DNA from: Hyphochytrium catenoides
Taxonomy: Eukaryota; Protista; Hyphochytriomycota
DNA length: 41,655 nucleotides
Assembly: GCA_900088475.1 (NCBI GenBank)
Contig: FLMG01003751.1
Location: forward strand, 1-41,655
Reading direction: 5' to 3'
This document shows positions 36,341 through 41,655 of the stretch, one piece after another. Position numbers and translations under genes: made by a program. The notes under the pieces are model-generated. The model saw only the letters and a list, made by a program, of their open reading frames with translations. It was not told where the DNA came from and ran no database searches. Every line of letters starts with the position of its first letter. Positions within the stretch are counted from its first letter, which is position 1.

Positions 36341-38160
36341 ATGGCCTTCATGGCTTCACCATCATGCAAGTTTGTGCAGTCGTCGTTGAAGCGATTGGCT
36401 CTCCGTCGGCGCCCAGTTGGTCATCCTTTCGATAGGGTGAGACCTGGTGGCAGATTCTACACAACGACTCACTCAGCACTTGCCCGAGCTGCTGCATCTT
36501 CTACGGATGATAAAGGCTCCAGCCAGAAAACCCGCATGGGTGCCCTCGCCATTGCTGTCAAACAGATTGAGTCTACCTTTGGCAAGGGGTCTATCATGCG
36601 GTTGGGAGCGGATAGCGCTGTGCACGATATCGAGGTGAAGTTGATCACATTCTGGCTGCATCAACTAGTCTCAGTCAGACATGAACATCGGAAATCTGAT
36701 GACTGTGTCAATACTCTCTCAGGTCATCTCCACGGGCTCATTGAAGGTGGACATCGCCCTAGGCTGCGGAGGGCTTCCCAAGGGACGAGTGGTTGAGATC
36801 TATGGCCCTGAAAGCTCAGGAAAGACATCTCTTGCCCTTCATGTGATCAGTGAAGCGCAAAAGCTTGGAGGGAACTGCACCTTCATTGATGCTGAGCATT
36901 CTCTAGACCCTCAGTATGCTAGAGCACTAGGTGAGTCTTTTCCAGGGTTTCTCGACCTAGTGAGGCATGGACTCACTTACGATTCTAGGTATCAATCTTG
37001 ATGATCTCTATGTCTCTCAGCCTGACTCAGGCGAGCAGGCACTAGAGATCGCGGACACTTTGATCCGCTCCGGGGCAATGGACGTCATTGTCATCGACAG
37101 TGTGGCTGCTTTAGTTCCTAAAGCAGAACTTGAGGGAGATATGGGAGATGCGCATATGGCGCTGCAGGCGCGTCTCATGAGTCAGGTACCTTCTGGTCGT
37201 GCTATAAATGACCCTTGTGCCAAATGCTAGGGCTTCATATATCACCTCCCACCTAGCTCAACCTCTTTATGCCATGCTGAGAATCGGCTTCTAGCCTGTA
37301 ATCTGAGCCTTCAACGTTTTTTTCTCTCCCTCTCTCTCTCTCTGTTTCTCTCTTTCCCTCTGTCTCAGGCCCTTCGGAAGCTGACGGCATCTCTGTCCAA
37401 GTCGAACTGTCTGCTTATTTTCATCAATCAGATAAGGCAGAAAATTGGCGTTATTTTTGGCAATCCAGAGGTCACCGCGGGCGGCACAGCGCTCCGGTAA
37501 CATGCCCCTTCGGGTTCCCAGCACGGAATGAATTGTTGACCTGTTCTATATTTATCTAGGTTCTATGCCTCCGTACGCATGGAGGTGAGGAAGAAGGGTC
37601 CCATCAAGCAGGGAGATGTGGTAGTAGGAAATGAGACGCGGGTGAAAGTTACCAAGAACAAGCTGGGGCCCCCATTCAAAGAAGCAGAATTTGACCTCAT
37701 CTTTGGGGAGGGGATCAGCAGGCCCGGAGAGCTCTTAGATCTTGGTGTGGAGGTTAGTCGCGGGCTGTTACTTCGTGGCCCTTTTCTGCCTTGCTCTCTT
37801 TGCACCTCGTCTCGTTGCTTGTCTGATTCTTTAAGGTTTGCAGCAGAATAGAAACGTAGCCCTCATGCTCCGACGTCACTGAGGCGCTTCTCTGCCGTAC
37901 AGACTGGGCTGGTTAAGAAGAGTGGGGCCTGGTACAGCTTTAATTCTCCGTTGACAGAGGAAGTGACTGTCGGAGAGAACTTCGCGCAGGGGAAGGAGAA
38001 AGCGAAGGCATATCTTCGGGAGAACCCAGAGCTGGCAAGAAGTCTGGAGATGGCCATACGAGAGGCAATGAAGAAACAAAGCAACCCACCGCCAGCAGAG
38101 AGTGAAGAGACGACAGAAAACGTGGATGACCCTGAAGCTGCAAACCCAGGCACCGCATAG
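36341..38160 (+). CDS. recA: Nuclear-encoded organellar (probably mitochondrial) RecA, 6 exons
   Basis: [42 protein letters not shown] (Walker A), [55 protein letters not shown]. The N-terminal extension is R/S/A-rich and acid-poor, like a mitochondrial presequence. Confidence 0.96.
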
Positions 38161-38231
38161 AGTAAGCCACAGAAGAGACCACTCTAACAAGAGCGGGCGG
38201 GTCTTGAGAGAAAAGCATCATCTTTGTCCTG

Positions 38232-40627
38232 TCAGCTGACTCTTCGGATCAGTTCATCTGTGTCACGCTGAAAGTTGTCGACGCATTGTAAGAGGGAGGA
38301 CAAGAAATCGCCGTTCCCTTCAGGTACCAGAGGGCGTAGACGGACTGGAGAGACCTGTAAAGCGCCACAGGTGGCCGTTTTAGAGGCAGAATAAGAGTGA
38401 GAGAGAGAAGAGACCAGAGAGAGCCACGTAGGAAGATTATATTGAGTGGCGTGAGCGGAAGACGGAAGGATGGTGCGCCGATTCGGGTGATCTTTCAGCC
38501 AAAGATGAGCTCTCACGAAGTTTGTCTCCTACCTCCTTTCTTCTCTGCTGAAGCTCTTCGATCTCCACCTTGTGGATTCTCTTAACATAGTCCATCTCTC
38601 TCTGGTGTCTGCTCTTGCAGCTGCGCAGCTCTCTTTCTAGCTTCTCCAGGCGAGAAGCCTGTGAATGGATGACGCCCTCTAGCTCCTTCAGTGGATAAGT
38701 TGAGGAAGAAACAGTCAGTCACGCTAACCCATCTTCAGTGTGGCAAATACTCTCTAAATGAAGCAGTAGTTCTCCATCATTCGGTGTCTGCTCTCCTCTC
38801 TCTCCCAATCTTACCGCTATGTAGCTCTGAAGTTTCTGCTTCTCTGCCTTTTCCTCTGCAAACTCCTTTGACATATTCTCCAACACCATCTCTATGGCTC
38901 TCTCCCCACGGCGGTGCTGCTGACTGAGGAGAGTGCGGTCTAGAGAGGACGCGAGGGAGGCTTGTGAGCAGCTGTCACATTTTTCCTCTGGTTGGTCTTT
39001 CTCTCTCCCGTCAGGAGTAGGATTCACTGTGTTTTGCCTCTCCCTTTGGCTGAGACTATTTCGGCCTGAGGCTCTGGTGCTCGCTTCCTCATCTTTTTGC
39101 TTGGGTTTCTATAGAGAGAGAGCATGAGACACGCATAAAGAGTGGTCAATGTACAGTCCTTAGAGAGGACAAGTAGCAGAGAAGGGTTACTCGTACCGCC
39201 TGACGAGCTTGAAGGAAAGAGGGAGATGGGACCGGAGCAATGCCCTGAGAGGCAATAGACGGATCTCTCCTGAGCTGAGGACGAGGAGCCTTTCGTATCG
39301 GAATGCGCGACTTCGCGCCAACATCGATGTCCATCGGGGCAGGCCCCTCAGCTCTCACTTGACTCCTTGACTCATTCTTCCTAGTCTATTTTTGAGAAAA
39401 AGAGTAGGGGAACACTGCTTTATAAACGATGCGGACGCACGGAGTGAGAGAAGGATGCCTATGACAGAGAAGGCCGAGTAGGAAGCCTATGAGAGAGAAG
39501 GCCGAGTGACAGGAAGGACAAGGAGAAGTTAGAGAAAACGAGAGAGAGAGTTGGCCAGTACCAGGTGGATCGGTAGTGGTGCCAGTGGACCATCGCCAGG
39601 CAGAGTGTCAAAGGGTTCTCTGAAGTCCTAGTAAAGGAGGTCACTCGTCAGAAGCAGTGCACAAATCGTTTTTCTCCTGCGCACTCTGGCCACTCTACGG
39701 CCTCTCCTCTCCCTGTTGGTCTCTGTCTGTCTGTCCCTCTGTCAGTGTGTCTATCTCTCTATCTCTTTCTCTCCCTCTCCCTCTCCCCTTCCGGGTACTC
39801 TCTCTCCCTTCTGGCATTCTCCCTCTCTCTTCCGGCACTCGTCTAGGTATATAGCTATAGAAATGCTCTCGCCAACATCTTTCACTTCCATCTTGGTCTA
39901 TTGCTATCGCCGGCAGTCTCTCTCTCTCTCTCAGGTACCTGTCTCTCTATCATGTCCTCCAGCAGCGCGCAGTAGTTCAGAATGTTCCGCAGCCAGATGA
40001 CATTCGTCGTCGGCACCTCCAGCTTCTGCAGCCATTTCTGCAGGCGGATCCTGAAGAGTCAGAAGACAGATTGCGTGTGGGGAAGCATTGTTCGTTCAGA
40101 GTCGATCTTCTCCCCTCTCCCGGTGACTCATACTCAGGTTTCAGACTTTCTTTTCTATCGGGCTTCAATCTTCTCTCTCATCTCTCTCTTCTTTGTCACT
40201 CATTTCCAGCCAACCTTGACAGCTTTTTCGTTTCTATCCCTCTCGCTCTCTGTCTCTCTGTCTTTCTCTCCGTCTCTGTCTCTCTCTCAGTCTCTCTCTC
40301 TCTCTCTTTCTCTTTCTGCAGTCTGTCGGTAGCTTAGTCCTTCACACCAGATGTCTCTCTGTCTCCTCTCAGTAGCTTATCTCTTCTCAAGCATCCCAGG
40401 CTGTCTGACCTGACATGCTTGGAGCTTACCAGCCTCAGGCTGTCTCTTAACGCCGCCAACCTGGTCTCAGCTTGGTCGATAAGCTGGGCGGGCGAAGGGG
40501 AATAAGAAGGCGCATTTTCACCCTGCGACCCTTCAGGAGGCAGAAGTGAGAGATATGCTCTGACCGGCGTTGAGGGCAAGCCTGATTGACAACCTCTCTC
40601 TCTCTCCCTGACATCAGTGCCAGTCAT
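38232..40627 (-). CDS. DUF4485-domain coiled-coil protein (CEP112-like N-terminus)
   Basis: Spliced HVRIRLQKWLQKLEVPTTNVIWLRNILNYCALLEDMIERQ|DFREPFDTLPGDGPLAPLPIHL fits the DUF4485 pattern, followed by coiled-coil exons (ELEGVIHSQASRLEKLERELRSCK..HKVEIEELQQ). The start and one middle splice junction near 39110-39200 are unresolved. Confidence 0.7.
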
Positions 40628-40774
40628 GTTTCGCACGGCAAGCAGCCGTCGCCTTAGCTGCCCAAGCTCCCAGGAAGGCAATCCATCATCATGTCAGCAG
40701 CCGAGGTTATTGACAAATGAAGAAAGGAGAAAAATCGAGTCCCATTTATCTCCATCATGACCTTTCTCTTTTCT

Positions 40775-40870
40775 TCTTGTCTCCCTCCTCTCTCTCTCTC
40801 TCTCTCTCTCTCCCTCTCTCTCTCTCACTCACACACACACTCTCACTCTATTTTCTCTCTCTCTCCCTTC
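40775..40870. repeat. (CT)n/(CA)n microsatellite
   Basis: Directly visible. Confidence 0.9.
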
Positions 40871-41579
40871 TCCCATAACTCTCTACAAACCGGGATACCC
40901 GACTGAGTTACCCATGCAACCCAGGTGGTTGGGCGGCAATCACTCAGCCATAATAATACGCAGACAGTATCTTCAACATCAGGTCTATCGCTTTAAATGT
41001 ATCTAGTAATAGTTCTTGGCGGGACGGGCAGGAACGTGCAAGTTTTTGAAAAGTGGTGACAGTTAGAGANNNNNNNNNNNNNNNNNNNNNNNNNNNNNNN
41101 NNNNNNNNGAGAGAGAGAGGAGAGAGAGAGAGAGAAAAAAGAGAACACAAGCAGAAGAAGAGAAGGGAAGGAGGATGAGGAGATAGTAGTAGAACTAGTA
41201 GAGAGGGTTGGCAGACAGGCAGGGTGGTGAGAAGAGAGAGACAGAGCATGGAGAGATAAAGAAAGAGAGGGAGAGAGGAGAAACGAAGAGGGAGAGGAGA
41301 GGTTTTCGAAGGGAAAGTGCACTTGGGGATGGGGCACCAAAAAGATCTTTCTGCACTTCGAAGAGTTCTGAACTGCCCCGACGCCCGACTGACTCTCAGC
41401 TCGCGCAGTCAGCAATCTCTCTCTCTCTGTCTAAGTGCCTCAAACTCTCTCTTTCTCTCTTTCTCTCTTTCTGCTACTTGTTTACGCTCTTTCACTTTTG
41501 CACTCAAGAACCGGCAACGGCACGAGTTCCGAGCTATTATCTTCACTCCTCTGTTTCTGTGTCTCTCTTTCTCAGCCTT

Positions 41580-41580
41580 T

Positions 41581-41621
<41 letters not shown>

Positions 41622-41625
41622 GTCT
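41580..41625. repeat. (CT)n microsatellite
   Basis: Directly visible. Confidence 0.9.
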
Positions 41626-41655
41626 AAACCCACCCTAAGTCTCCCCTTCTTATCT

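Noticed and set aside
36341-38160. Bacterial contamination or recent HGT of recA
   Set aside because: Five spliceosomal introns and a presequence-like N-terminus; organellar RecA is well known in protists and plants.

Overview
Gene-dense, intron-rich eukaryotic genomic DNA (about 50% GC, mostly short GT-AG introns, many (CT/GA)n microsatellites, four N gaps). It is not prokaryotic. The gene content (PDE6D, a CEP112-like DUF4485 protein, a nuclear-encoded organellar RecA) suggests a flagellated protist, possibly a stramenopile; that assignment is an inference. Manual splicing supports 13 protein-coding genes: PDE6D, ZCCHC10-like, a membrane-anchored TPR protein, THOC6, a standalone degenerate VTC-domain protein, a DEP-START-AGC kinase, an acylphosphatase-like protein, a transmembrane RING E3, a Zn-knuckle-FKBP-TPR immunophilin, RAD23, a ~900-aa GW/WG-repeat protein, RecA and a DUF4485 coiled-coil protein. 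The leading candidate for new biology is the GW/WG-repeat protein (32234-35586, minus strand). It has about 19 Ago-hook-like GW/WG motifs, including an 8x33-bp tandem array, plus an N-terminal PAM2-like/PPGY motif, which is the motif set of metazoan GW182 but in a non-animal and in reversed order. Next are the DEP-START-AGC kinase fusion and the probable VTC pseudoenzyme. All family calls come from recognising motifs by eye; no database search was run.
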